Source of the DNA: a virus | Lineage: Duplodnaviria; Caudoviricetes | Length of the DNA: 64,000 nt | Virus record (IMG/VR): IMGVR_UViG_2908416650_000002 | Span: 2,967-66,966 of that record | Reading direction: 5' to 3' (one strand) | Program-made: the position numbers and the translations under genes | In this document: positions 26,386 to 36,042 of the stretch, piece after piece | Layout of the letters: each line of letters begins with the position of its first letter | How positions within the stretch are numbered: position 1 is the first letter of the stretch | Notes under the pieces: generated by a model | Told to the model about the DNA's origin: nothing | Seen by the model: only the letters and a program-made list of their open reading frames with translations | Database searches by the model: none

Positions 26386-27017
26386 AGCGCACTCCGCTAC
26401 TGCGCAAGACACCGCTCACGTCTGGTGGCCCACGCCGCCGGCGCTGCCCAGCGTGCCGAGTGATGTTCGTGCCTGCCCGTGCCGCGCAAACCGTATGCGG
26501 GGAGATCGAGTGCGCAATTGCTTATGGGCAGTCGGAGAAAGGACGGGCGATCGCTGGTAAGGCGCTGGCCGAAGTAGGGCGCCGCGAGATCAAGGTCCGC
26601 AAGGAGAAGCTGAAGACAAGGGCCGACCACCTCCGCGAAGCCCAGGCCGCAGTGAACGAGTACGTCCGCCTGCGCGATGCGCACCTGCCTTGCATCAGTT
26701 GCGACTCGACGCCGAACGACAACGATCTCATGACTGGCAGCCGGTGGGACGCTGGGCACTACCGATCTGTCGGTGCCTGTCCAGAGCTGCGCTTCGAGCC
26801 GCTGAACATCCACCGCCAGTGTGTGAAGTGCAACCGCAACCTTTCCGGCAACGCGGTGGAGTACCGAATCCGCCTGGTGCTGCGCATTGGTGCCGAGAAG
26901 GTGGCCTGGCTGGAAAGCCTGCACCCACCGTGCAAGTACACCGTGGAAGAGATCAAGGCCATCAAAGCCGAATACCGGGCAAAGAACATAGAATTGAAGA
27001 AGGGGCAGGCAGCATGA
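26382..27017 (+). CDS. ninG: NinG/Rap recombination endonuclease
   Basis: NEYVRLRD..LPCISC, WDAGHYRSVGA.PELRF and NIHRQCVKCN motifs. Confidence 0.93.
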   Translation: MKRTPLLRKTPLTSGGPRRRRCPACRVMFVPARAAQTVCGEIECAIAYGQSEKGRAIAGKALAEVGRREIKVRKEKLKTRADHLREAQAAVNEYVRLRDAHLPCISCDSTPNDNDLMTGSRWDAGHYRSVGACPELRFEPLNIHRQCVKCNRNLSGNAVEYRIRLVLRIGAEKVAWLESLHPPCKYTVEEIKAIKAEYRAKNIELKKGQAA

Positions 27018-27691
27018 AACTGATCAACGCACGTCAAGCGTGGACTGATGCGCAGCACGAATCGAACGCCTCAATCAGTGCTGCGGCGGCTGATCGGGCC
27101 AAGTCCGCAACCGTAGTCAGGAAGGAAAAGGCAGCGCTCCGAGAGATCATCTTCGCTGCCCAGGGCGATGATAAGGAAGAGCGCATCATGGCTGTGCGCC
27201 AGAAGATCAGCATTGCCGAAACGCGGCGCGCACCAATTGGCCGCTCCACACATCGTGCAGCTCACCTTCTCACCATGGGCAAGGTGCAGAAGGCAATCGA
27301 GTCGCTCCCGTTCCAGGTGCAGCAGCTTGGCCACTACCTCTACCACCCATGCATGACCGTCGTGCACATGCTCAACGCCGAAAAGCTGATTTGGGCTGAT
27401 ACGGACTTTGGCGCGCTCACCGACGCCAAGGCAGCGAAGGTTCATTGCCTCATCACCTGCGCCCTGCAGTCCTACAAGGTAGAGGTGAGCGGCGGTGACG
27501 CATGGGGCCCGGCTCGAGTGTCTGACGCCATGATGAAGCTGTATGGGATCACCATCGAACCCAAGCACTGGGACCGTGACTGGCTCGACATCTGGAGTTT
27601 CCTGCGAAAGGCCATAGAGGAAGTGGATATTAAGGCTCAGGAGCCTGTATGGCAGGTGATACACGCGGAAAACTCTGAGGATGCGGCATAA
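27014..27691 (+). CDS. Probable late antiterminator Q
   Basis: Last early gene, followed by a promoter and terminator. Confidence 0.7.
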   Translation: MKLINARQAWTDAQHESNASISAAAADRAKSATVVRKEKAALREIIFAAQGDDKEERIMAVRQKISIAETRRAPIGRSTHRAAHLLTMGKVQKAIESLPFQVQQLGHYLYHPCMTVVHMLNAEKLIWADTDFGALTDAKAAKVHCLITCALQSYKVEVSGGDAWGPARVSDAMMKLYGITIEPKHWDRDWLDIWSFLRKAIEEVDIKAQEPVWQVIHAENSEDAA

Positions 27692-27696
27692 AGTTG

Positions 27697-27725
27697 TTGC
27701 TATGGTGGGGAATTTGATGTACTTT
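27697..27725 (+). promoter_or_regulatory. Late promoter PR'-like
   Basis: TTGCTA-17-TACTTT immediately after Q. Confidence 0.7.
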
Positions 27726-27766
27726 TCCCACACTGCGCAACTTACATCCAGCGCACGACCACATCG

Positions 27767-27792
27767 AAGCCCGGCCACTGCGCCGGGTTTTT
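27767..27792 (+). terminator. tR'-like terminator
   Basis: AAGCCCGGC-loop-GCCGGGTTTTT. Confidence 0.75.
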
Positions 27793-27847
27793 GCATTCTG
27801 GTTTCAACTGAAGCATTCTTTGAGCTCAATGGAGCGAGACTTATCAG

Positions 27848-28117
27848 ATGAATCAGGAAATTGCACTCGAAGTAATAACGTTGCATGACGTTGTGAAGAA
27901 GCGGCTGGACAGCGAGCGTCCAGAGGGGATTCAAGTAGGCCTGCCTTTGTTTTCGAATAAATTATCGCCGAAGGATTTGGAGCAAATACGAGCCGATTTA
28001 CACGCGAAGCTGAAGGCGGAGGCGGTGGTAGATGGTTTCGAACCTCTGGTTGCACTCGCCCGTCCTCAAGACGAGAACGAGGCGGGTAGCTTGATCGTGA
28101 CTTTTCAAAAGATCTGA
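27848..28117 (+). CDS. Hypothetical protein (moron)
   Basis: 89-aa ORF between two terminators. Confidence 0.6.
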   Translation: MNQEIALEVITLHDVVKKRLDSERPEGIQVGLPLFSNKLSPKDLEQIRADLHAKLKAEAVVDGFEPLVALARPQDENEAGSLIVTFQKI

Positions 28118-28165
28118 CCTGAAACTTTCCGGCTGGGGATACAGCCCGGCCACTTCGCTATTTTG

Positions 28166-28191
28166 AGCCTCGGCATTCGCCGGGGCTTTTT
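28166..28191 (+). terminator. Rho-independent terminator
   Basis: AGCCTCGGC-ATTC-GCCGGGGCTTTTT. Confidence 0.75.
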
Positions 28192-28247
28192 CGTTTTCGG
28201 CTCCACCACACCCATCGCTCTGAGCTGGGAGTGCTGCTGGGGCTGAC

Positions 28248-28445
28248 CTATTTCAAAGCCTCCACTGCGGAGGTAATAGAGCGATCATCGAAGGCGCTTC
28301 CGTCTTGCTCTGATCGAACAATCCGCATGTTCTTAGGCGCGCTGACCCCTAGAGACACGGTGTCGCCTTCGACCTTGATCACCTTGATTTGGATTTCTTC
28401 GCCGATGTATAGGCGTTTATTGGGCGTTTTGGCTATGACTAGCAA
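28248..28445 (-). CDS. CsrA/RsmA family RNA-binding protein (phage-encoded)
   Basis: TTG start gives MLVIAKTPNKRLYIGEEIQIKVIKVEGDTVSLGVSAPKNMRIVRSE, colinear with CsrA including IG, G..AP and Arg44. Confidence 0.85.
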   Translation of the reverse strand: MLVIAKTPNKRLYIGEEIQIKVIKVEGDTVSLGVSAPKNMRIVRSEQDGSAFDDRSITSAVEALK

Positions 28446-28595
28446 TGGGTATCCCTTTTGATTGGCTCCTGTATCCGTGGGATTAATTGCATGAGTTCTG
28501 CGCAAAAAATGTAGGACTTGTCTGATTGTTCTGCCGAAAGGCCTTATTTAATCCTTCTCTCCTTGATCGGGAGAACAACAATACATGGAGTGACG

Positions 28596-28967
28596 ATGGA
28601 TCCTACTGACCTCGGACCAGGCACAGCTACCTGGCTGGGCGGTAGCGCCACCGTTGTACTGGGCGGCCTGCTTTGGCTGCGCCGCTTCCTTTCCAAGGAT
28701 GCGACCGACCGGGCAATGGACAGCGCCGATATCGGCACGCTAAAGCGCCTGAACGAGTTGCTGAACCAAGAGCGCGCCGCCCGCAAAGAAGCCGAGGCCC
28801 GCGCCGATCAATTCGCGAAAGAGCGGAATGACCTTGCAGCCGCCGTTGGGCGCATGGAAGGCAAGATCGAAGCACTCACAAGCCAGGTCGCTCAACTCAC
28901 TGACCGCGTGACGCAACAGAGCGACGAGATCACTCGCCTGCGCACCAAGCTGGGAGGGATCGCCTGA
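28596..28967 (+). CDS. Putative holin-like protein (one TM plus coiled coil)
   Basis: First conserved late gene, with an N-terminal TM helix. Confidence 0.55.
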   Translation: MDPTDLGPGTATWLGGSATVVLGGLLWLRRFLSKDATDRAMDSADIGTLKRLNELLNQERAARKEAEARADQFAKERNDLAAAVGRMEGKIEALTSQVAQLTDRVTQQSDEITRLRTKLGGIA

Positions 28968-29284
28968 TGGACAGATGCGCACTGGAATTTATCGCACGCC
29001 GCTGGTGGCGCCGGGCCGAAGTCTGGGCGATTGCCGTCGTGCTGGTTGGTGGTGGTGCCGTCCTGGGTTACCAGGCCGCCTACTGGTCGCTCGCCGAGAG
29101 CCAAAGCAATCAGGTCAAGGGCATCCGCGAGGCGTACGACACCGCGATGACTGAGCGTGATAAACGCCTGGAAGAGTTGACTCGCAAGACCGGTACCGCC
29201 GCCGACAAAGCCACGAAGGCTGCAACGACAGCGGCCCAGGCTGCCGACAAAGCGGACGAAGCCCTCAATCGGGTATCGCAGTAA
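28967..29284 (+). CDS. Single-TM late protein (possible lysis accessory)
   Basis: TGATG-coupled to the previous gene, with a TM helix and a coiled coil. Confidence 0.65.
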   Translation: MDRCALEFIARRWWRRAEVWAIAVVLVGGGAVLGYQAAYWSLAESQSNQVKGIREAYDTAMTERDKRLEELTRKTGTAADKATKAATTAAQAADKADEALNRVSQ

Positions 29285-29323
29285 TCCGCGCCACGTTTTC
29301 GTAACTCACAATTTGTGGCGCAG

Positions 29324-29782
29324 TCATGAGCTGGCCCAGGCTGACGCGGCCGAGATGCCCATTTGCGCCCCGATGCCGAGTGCCTTTTCTGTTAGGGATT
29401 TAACAGAGCTCAAGACGCCATCTCTTGCGGCGTCTTGAAGCTGAGTGCCGATGCTGGCCCCATTCAAGCTATTTGGCGTTTTAAGCACCTCTAAGCCCTT
29501 CGCCGAAAGCACGCACCCTTTGAAAATACCAGCGAGCTCATCAATACCATCTTGCTTTTCAGACCATATGTAGCCGGCCTGGATTAGCCACGACATTGTA
29601 AATTTGAAAATATCAAGTTGGTGAAAGTAGTGCTTATCCCATGCCTCGAACTTAGGATCCAATGCTGATGTGTCTTCAGACACCATCGGCTCGACGATGA
29701 TACGCATCGGAAAGCTGTGATACAGCTTGGCCAGTATGAGCCCTACCGCATTGTCGAATTCGTCGATGTTAGATTCTGCCAT
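29324..29782 (-). CDS. Hypothetical moron, possible winged-helix
   Basis: WLIQAGYI...LSAKGLEVL, opposite in orientation. Confidence 0.7.
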   Translation of the reverse strand: MAESNIDEFDNAVGLILAKLYHSFPMRIIVEPMVSEDTSALDPKFEAWDKHYFHQLDIFKFTMSWLIQAGYIWSEKQDGIDELAGIFKGCVLSAKGLEVLKTPNSLNGASIGTQLQDAARDGVLSSVKSLTEKALGIGAQMGISAASAWASS

Positions 29783-29844
29783 GCAACCCCCAGTAGGCTG
29801 GATGATTGTTAGAGTTGTGCCGCAGGTGAGAGCGGCACTAGGGC

Positions 29845-30039
29845 TTACTGGTTGAGTGCCTCTTCGATCTTGTCTGCATAGGCGCTGAGATTTTCCAGTT
29901 CGCCCTCTAAACCGCCGCTTTTCTGCACGCTAGCGAGTATCAACTCCAGCGCGCTGGCAACCGCCGCTGCACGGCGAATAGATTTGCGATCTGTGCCCGA
30001 GGCGTTCGTGTTTGTGATTAGCTTGAATGTTTCAGACAT
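29845..30039 (-). CDS. Small hypothetical protein
   Basis: 64-aa ORF with an AAGGA RBS. Confidence 0.6.
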   Translation of the reverse strand: MSETFKLITNTNASGTDRKSIRRAAAVASALELILASVQKSGGLEGELENLSAYADKIEEALNQ

Positions 30040-30127
30040 GAATACTTCCTTGCATTAAGTTGATCCTCACCAATACCGGCAACGCGCCACTATTTCAACC
30101 CCGCCTTTAGGTAACCTGAGACAATTT

Positions 30128-30652
30128 ATGACAACCAAGCAACCCGACTGGGAGGCAATCGAACGTGCCTACCGGGCCGGGATGCTTTCCTTGCGCGCCA
30201 TGGCGGAACAGTTCGGCTCAAAGGAGTCGACAATCCGCAGCAGGGCAGCCAAGAACGGATGGAAGATGGATCTGACCGCCCAGGTAAAGGCGGCAACCAA
30301 AGAGAAGCTTTCGCGCAGCATTTCGCGCACCACCGTCGCGCAATCTGATGTGCGCGAAGATGCGCAGATTATCGAGGAAGCCTCAGACGTTGCGGCCTCT
30401 ATCGTGCTGTCACACCGTGCTGATCTTGCGCAATGGCGCGGGATCGCGAATAAGCTGCGCGAGGCATTGGACGAGCTACTGGTCACTGAAGATAACCACG
30501 GCGACTTTGCCCGCTCCCTGAACGCTGGTGTTGATGCCCAGCTCAAGGTCATCAAGGGCGAGCGCCAAGCCTACAACCTCGACACCGAGACCGGCGACAA
30601 GACAGTCAGCGACCTGGCTGCACTGATGGACGATCTATCGAAGGAAGCCTGA
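30128..30652 (+). CDS. Terminase small subunit
   Basis: PDWEAIERAYRAG HTH N-terminus, directly upstream of the large subunit. Confidence 0.85.
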   Translation: MTTKQPDWEAIERAYRAGMLSLRAMAEQFGSKESTIRSRAAKNGWKMDLTAQVKAATKEKLSRSISRTTVAQSDVREDAQIIEEASDVAASIVLSHRADLAQWRGIANKLREALDELLVTEDNHGDFARSLNAGVDAQLKVIKGERQAYNLDTETGDKTVSDLAALMDDLSKEA

Positions 30653-30653
30653 C

Positions 30654-32144
30654 ATGAAGCCCGAGCACTTGAAGCTGCTCCGGGACAAGCGCTGGCGGTT
30701 GAACAACCTCTACTTCATCACGGACAAGCAGGGCAAGAAGGTCCGCTTCCGGATGACGGACGAGCAGATCGAGTACTTCGATGGGATGCACACCCGCAAC
30801 ATCATCCTGAAGGCCCGGCAGCTTGGCTTCACCACCGAGTGCTGCATCATCCAGCTCGACGCTGCGCTGTTCGAATCAGCCAAGTGTGCCCTGATCGCTC
30901 ACACCCTGAACGACGCCAAGCGCCTGTTTCGGGAGAAGGTCAAATATGCCTACGACAACCTTCCTGCTGAGATACGCGCCGCCAACCCGGCGAGTAACGA
31001 TGCTGCTGGTGAGCTGGTGTTCAGCAAGGGCGGATCGCTCTACGTCAGCATCTCCTTCCGGGGCGGCACGCTGCGTTACCTGCACGTATCTGAGTTCGGG
31101 AAGATATGCGCCAAGTTCCCGCACAAGGCCCGCGAGATCGTCACCGGTGCCTTCGAGGCTGTCGCCACCGATTGTTTCGTCACGATTGAATCGACGGCGG
31201 AGGGCCGGGCAGGCTACTTCTTCGATTACTCGCAGAGCGCTGAACGCCAGCAACTGGCCGGCGTGCCCCTGGGCCTGCTGGACTGGAAGTTTTTCTTCTT
31301 CTCCTGGTGGAAGAACAAGGCCTACTGGCTTGACCCGACTGACGTGGTCATCCCGCAGCGCCTGACCGACTACTTCAACGAGCTGTTCGCGAAGCACGGC
31401 ATTGACACGAACCCAGGCCAGCGAGCCTGGTACGCCGCCAAGGAGAAGACTCTCGGCGACGACATGAAGCGGGAATACCCGTCACTGCCGGCGGAAGCCT
31501 TCCAGCAGTCGATCGAGGGCGCCTACTACGCCAAGCAGTTCACCAAGCTGTATGGCGCGCAGAGGATCGGCCCGCTACCGGACAACAGTCATCTGCCGGT
31601 GCACACAATATGGGATATCGGCGTCGGCGACTCTACGGCTATCTGGTTCGTTCGGATCGTCGGCGAGGAATACCACGTCATCGACTTCTACGAGAACAGC
31701 GGTGAAGGCCTGCGGCACTACATGAAGGTGCTCAAGGATCGCAAGTACACGTATGGCGATCACTGGGGCCCGCACGACATCGACAACCGCGAATTCGGTA
31801 GCGACGGCAAGACCCGCCGCGAACTGGCCCGGGAGGGCTACGAGATCGACGGGCAAAAATACAGCCTCAAGTTCAGCGTTGTTCCAAAGCTCGGCATCGA
31901 CGAAGGCATTGAGCAGGTTCGGGAGATCCTTCCGGCCTGTGCCTTCGATGAGTCCAAGTGCGAACTGGGTATTTCCTGCCTGGAGAACTACCGAAAGGAG
32001 TGGGACGACAAGCGGGGCTGCTGGAAAGACAAACCACTTCACGACTGGTCATCGCACGGCGCGGACGCCTTCCGCTACTTCGCCGTATCGATGGGCCGAC
32101 GCAAACGCACAGGCGGAACACGCCGAATTGGAGGCTTGGCCTGA
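30654..32144 (+). CDS. Terminase large subunit
   Basis: LKARQLGFTT, LHVSE, IESTAEG, WDIGVGD and HGADAFRY motifs. Confidence 0.95.
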   Translation: MKPEHLKLLRDKRWRLNNLYFITDKQGKKVRFRMTDEQIEYFDGMHTRNIILKARQLGFTTECCIIQLDAALFESAKCALIAHTLNDAKRLFREKVKYAYDNLPAEIRAANPASNDAAGELVFSKGGSLYVSISFRGGTLRYLHVSEFGKICAKFPHKAREIVTGAFEAVATDCFVTIESTAEGRAGYFFDYSQSAERQQLAGVPLGLLDWKFFFFSWWKNKAYWLDPTDVVIPQRLTDYFNELFAKHGIDTNPGQRAWYAAKEKTLGDDMKREYPSLPAEAFQQSIEGAYYAKQFTKLYGAQRIGPLPDNSHLPVHTIWDIGVGDSTAIWFVRIVGEEYHVIDFYENSGEGLRHYMKVLKDRKYTYGDHWGPHDIDNREFGSDGKTRRELAREGYEIDGQKYSLKFSVVPKLGIDEGIEQVREILPACAFDESKCELGISCLENYRKEWDDKRGCWKDKPLHDWSSHGADAFRYFAVSMGRRKRTGGTRRIGGLA

Positions 32145-33601
32145 TGCCAGTGCAATCGACAAACCCCGACTACGACGCGCACATCGCCGAGTGGGAGATG
32201 ATGGACGACGCGCTCGAGGGTGAGTGCGCCGTAAAGCGCAACGAGCGCAACCTGCCCAAGCCGAGCGGTATGGTTGAGGCTGAAAAGCTGGATGGCGCGG
32301 GTAACAAGTACCTGTACGAGAACTACACGAACCGGGCTCAGTACGAGCATTGGGTACGCGACTCTTTGCGTTCGATGATGGGCTTGGTCTCCCGGTTGAT
32401 TCCGGAGATCGAGCTTCCTGCTGGGCTTAAGGGGGTGGAGGACAACGCTACTGCTGACGGCTTCGGCCTGAAGCAGCTGTTCTTCCGCATGGTACGCCAG
32501 GCCATCTCCCACGGCCGTGTGCCGCTGGTGGTGAACATCGACGACGGCAGTGAACCGTACTTCTCGACGTACGCCACGCGCAACGCCATTAACTGGGACA
32601 CCGCTGATCAGGGCGGTCGGCAGGACCTGGTCCTTTCGGTGTTCCGCGAGTTCCGCAAGAAGGGTGGCGATCGCTACAGCCATGACTGCGACACGGTGTT
32701 TCGTGAGTTCTTCATGCTCAACGAGGTCTGCTACACCGCCGTGCGGAATGAAGGCGGTGAGCTGGTCGAGGACGAAAAGCCGCTGGGCACCACTGATACC
32801 GACAACCGGCTGGTCAAAGGCCTGCCATACCTGCCCGTGATTTACTGCGGTTCCACCGACAATTCCCCGGATGTCGACGAGGTGCCGCTGCTGACCATGG
32901 CGCGTGCCGCGCTGAAGTCCTACCAGTTGAGCGCTGATTACTTCACGTCGTTGCACTACACCAGCCATCCACAGCCGTGGGTTGCAGGGATGGATGACGT
33001 GGAACTTAGCGTCACTGGCCCATCCGCTGCTTGGGATCTTGGTCCAACGGGATCCTGCGGCTATCTGGAGTTCCAGGGCGCCGGCATTGAAGCCGTGCGC
33101 AAGGCCATGGATGACCAGAAGAATGCCGCGCTTGAGGCCGGTGCGAAGGTCATGGACGTGGCCGGTACCGAGTCGGGCGAGGCGCGTAAAACACGGCAGA
33201 ACGATCAGCACGCCACGCTGCACAGCATCGTCATCACTGTGGCCGAGGCGGTGGAGCAGGGCCTGCGATACGCCGCCGAGTGGAAGGGCTATGACCCCAA
33301 ACAGGTCAAGTTCAAGGTGAACCCTGAGTTCGTGACCCCGGTGGTCGACGCCCAGGTGCTCGCCGAACTTCTCAAGGGCGTGATGGCCGGCGCACTCAGC
33401 GCCGACACCTACTGGCAGTACCTCACCACCGGCAAGCTGCCGGACCGCCCATACGAAGAAGAGGCCGACCTGATCAGCGATGAGCGCGAGTCGGCCGGCA
33501 TCAACCTGGACAACGACGATGCCAACGACAAGCCTGGCGCAGACGGACAGCCAACTGCTGGAGCAAACGACCCGCCACTCGGTAATGCTGGAGCGGCTTA
33601 A
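32144..33601 (+). CDS. Portal protein (DUF4055-like)
   Basis: 485-aa ORF after the terminase, containing SADY..SLHYTSHP. Confidence 0.85.
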   Translation: MPVQSTNPDYDAHIAEWEMMDDALEGECAVKRNERNLPKPSGMVEAEKLDGAGNKYLYENYTNRAQYEHWVRDSLRSMMGLVSRLIPEIELPAGLKGVEDNATADGFGLKQLFFRMVRQAISHGRVPLVVNIDDGSEPYFSTYATRNAINWDTADQGGRQDLVLSVFREFRKKGGDRYSHDCDTVFREFFMLNEVCYTAVRNEGGELVEDEKPLGTTDTDNRLVKGLPYLPVIYCGSTDNSPDVDEVPLLTMARAALKSYQLSADYFTSLHYTSHPQPWVAGMDDVELSVTGPSAAWDLGPTGSCGYLEFQGAGIEAVRKAMDDQKNAALEAGAKVMDVAGTESGEARKTRQNDQHATLHSIVITVAEAVEQGLRYAAEWKGYDPKQVKFKVNPEFVTPVVDAQVLAELLKGVMAGALSADTYWQYLTTGKLPDRPYEEEADLISDERESAGINLDNDDANDKPGADGQPTAGANDPPLGNAGAA

Positions 33602-34631
33602 GGCCGGCGAGGTCAAGAAGTTCGAGAAGTACCTGCGTCAGATCGACAAGCTGGTGCGGGATCAACTCACCCGCAAGGAGCTGACCACCTACAGCCGGGA
33701 CCGCCTTGAGCAGTTCCTGGCCCGGGTGGACGGCAAACTGTTGGAGATATACAAGGCCTACGGCGACCTGGTGCAGGCCGATCTAGTCGACATCGCGCTG
33801 TATGAGTCGAGTTTTGAGGCTAAAAGCGTGAGCAATGCACTCTCCATCGACGCGGTGGTGCCGACCAACACGGTGATCCGTGCGGCGGTGTTCTCCTATC
33901 CGCTGCAGGTGAAAGGTATCGACGGTGGAAAGCTGCTGAAGAGCTTCGTCAGCGGCTGGACGCGGACCGAGACGATGCGGGTCACGAACACTATCCGGCT
34001 CGGTTTCGGCCAGGGCCAGACCAACGCCCAGATCATCCAAGCGATTCGCGGGACCGCGGCGCAGAACTTCACGGACGGCGTCTTGGCGGTGAGCAACCGC
34101 AATGCTGCAGCCGTGGTGCAGACGGCAATCCAGCATGTGGCCACGACGGCACGGATGGAGACGCTGAAGGCCAACAGCGACGTGGTGCTGGGCTATCGCT
34201 GGGTGTCGACGCTCGACCGCAAGACCTCGCAGCAATGCAAGGGCCTGGATGGGATGCGTTTCGACCTGGGCAAAGGACCGCTGCCGCCGGCGCACATCAA
34301 CTGCCGGTCAACTACGGTGCCGACCACCAGGCTTTCGGAGATGTTCGCCAAGGACGCCACGCGCGCCTCGGTGGGCGATAACGGCGGGGCCCAGGTCGAC
34401 GCCGGCCTGAACTATTACGAGTGGCTGGCAACGCAGCCTGCGAGCTTCCAGGATCATGCCCTCGGGCCGGTCCGGGGTAAGTTGTTCCGTGATGGTGGCC
34501 TGACGCCGGAGAAGTTCGCCAAGTTGCAGCTCGACAAATCGTTCAAGCCTCTGACGCTTGCACAACTGAAGGAAGCAGAGCCTGACATGTTCACCCGAGC
34601 AGGCGTTACACTCGGCGCTCAACCAGGTTGA
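33519..34631 (+). CDS. Minor head morphogenesis protein (Mu gpF/SPP1 gp7)
   Basis: WVSTLDRKTS..C...PPAHINCRS motif. Confidence 0.92.
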   Translation: MPTTSLAQTDSQLLEQTTRHSVMLERLKAGEVKKFEKYLRQIDKLVRDQLTRKELTTYSRDRLEQFLARVDGKLLEIYKAYGDLVQADLVDIALYESSFEAKSVSNALSIDAVVPTNTVIRAAVFSYPLQVKGIDGGKLLKSFVSGWTRTETMRVTNTIRLGFGQGQTNAQIIQAIRGTAAQNFTDGVLAVSNRNAAAVVQTAIQHVATTARMETLKANSDVVLGYRWVSTLDRKTSQQCKGLDGMRFDLGKGPLPPAHINCRSTTVPTTRLSEMFAKDATRASVGDNGGAQVDAGLNYYEWLATQPASFQDHALGPVRGKLFRDGGLTPEKFAKLQLDKSFKPLTLAQLKEAEPDMFTRAGVTLGAQPG

Positions 34632-34639
34632 GATAGCAC

Positions 34640-35128
34640 ATGCAGATCATCGTTGAGGACGGGAAGGGCAGGCCAGATGCAAATAGCTTCGTGCCGCTGG
34701 AGAAGCTGACCTTCTACCGCGACTACTACGGGTTCCGTATACCTGACGCTGAGGCTGAGCAGGTCGAACTGCTGCTGCGCGCTGCCGCCGACATCAACGG
34801 TCGCCAGTGGAAAGGGCGAAAGGCCAATCCTGACCAGGCAATGGCCTGGCCCCGGCGTGACTGCAAGATCGAATACCAAACGCTTTCCGAGACATTCGTG
34901 CCCTTTGAGCTGGAATGGGGTCAGGTACGGCTGGCGGTCGAGTTATACGCTGTCGAACAGGGCTTCCCGATCGAAGAGCCGACCCACTGCACTGAGCCAA
35001 ATGGCCGGCGCACGCGGCTCAATCGAGATACGCCCGGCCTGCGAATGCGGCCGCCGCCATACGCGCCGAGTAGGACTCAATTCGCCGATTATCTGGTGAT
35101 GAGAGGGCTGCAATTGATAATTTCATAG
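34640..35128 (+). CDS. Head-tail connector-like protein (DnaT-like family), atypical position
   Basis: IIVEDG.G..DANSFV...LLRA...WKG.K...QAMAWPR motif. Confidence 0.7.
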   Translation: MQIIVEDGKGRPDANSFVPLEKLTFYRDYYGFRIPDAEAEQVELLLRAAADINGRQWKGRKANPDQAMAWPRRDCKIEYQTLSETFVPFELEWGQVRLAVELYAVEQGFPIEEPTHCTEPNGRRTRLNRDTPGLRMRPPPYAPSRTQFADYLVMRGLQLIIS

Positions 35129-35179
35129 CTTGAAAAGGTGGCCATTTGGTATAAGTGGCTTTTAGGCAATGGAGGCCTT

Positions 35180-35950
35180 ATGGAAATCAAATGGGTAGCA
35201 GTAGCAGTAGCAGGGATTTTTTTTGGGGTAGTTTGCGGACTTCTAGGTCTAACTATAGGCATCTATTTTAATCCTGAATCCACAATCACATTTGTCCCAG
35301 TTTGGGGGAGTTTGGGGGACTGGGCATCCGCAATAGGTGCTTTCTCCGCAGTTGCGTTTGCATTGTGGCAGTCTCATAGACAGCAACAAAAAGAACTTCC
35401 AAGAGTAAAGATAATCAATCAATTTACACCTGATGAATGCCTACTTAGGGTTGTCTCAGAGGGGATTGTTCCGGAAAGTGTTCTAGGGGCTGAGCTGATA
35501 TTCAAAAAAGATGGTTCTAAGATCGATCTGTTGACGTTTAGTCGAATCCCAAAAGGTGGCCAAACGACAAAGCTACAGAGAGGGGAATATCTTGATATCC
35601 TTGCTTTGAATAAGCACGACCTACTTCAGTTTATTGAGCAATGGGTTGCAAGGCCCATAGATCAAATGCGTCGAAGTGAAATTTATCCAGGTAACGGATA
35701 TTTTAAGTTGAACAAGGTGTACTTCGATCGGCTTGAGGAGTTCTTTAAGCAAGATCTAGAAATCTTAATTAGGCTGGTTAGCAAGGATGTAACAGTTAAG
35801 GTTTCTCCAGAGTTTTTATCCGTAGCCAAAAGCTACGTTATAAATACTAGGAAGACTGAAGAAACAGAGCGAGCGGCATCTAGGAATGGTGAGGCGCGAG
35901 CAAGATATGAAGCAGGACTTCACCTTGAATACGGTGATCCAGAGACGTAA
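35180..35950 (+). CDS. AT-rich membrane-anchored moron (2 N-terminal TM)
   Basis: WGSLGDWASAIGAFSAV after a TM helix, followed by its own terminator. Confidence 0.75.
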   Translation: MEIKWVAVAVAGIFFGVVCGLLGLTIGIYFNPESTITFVPVWGSLGDWASAIGAFSAVAFALWQSHRQQQKELPRVKIINQFTPDECLLRVVSEGIVPESVLGAELIFKKDGSKIDLLTFSRIPKGGQTTKLQRGEYLDILALNKHDLLQFIEQWVARPIDQMRRSEIYPGNGYFKLNKVYFDRLEEFFKQDLEILIRLVSKDVTVKVSPEFLSVAKSYVINTRKTEETERAASRNGEARARYEAGLHLEYGDPET

Positions 35951-35975
35951 GTTTCAAGAGTGATTAATTAACCTC

Positions 35976-36000
35976 AAACCGCCCAATGGGCGGTTTTTTT
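35976..36000 (+). terminator. Rho-independent terminator after the head moron
   Basis: AAACCGCCCA-A-TGGGCGGTTTTTTT. Confidence 0.8.
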
Positions 36001-36042
36001 ATGCCTGCAAAGCGGGCCGACCAAACCCAAGGGGTGCACCAA

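Noticed and set aside
32075-33616. Long antisense ORFs (also 36607..37773, 39759..41129, 51225..52388, 62852..63994)
   Set aside because: These are shadow frames of GC-rich genuine genes, with no motifs or RBS.
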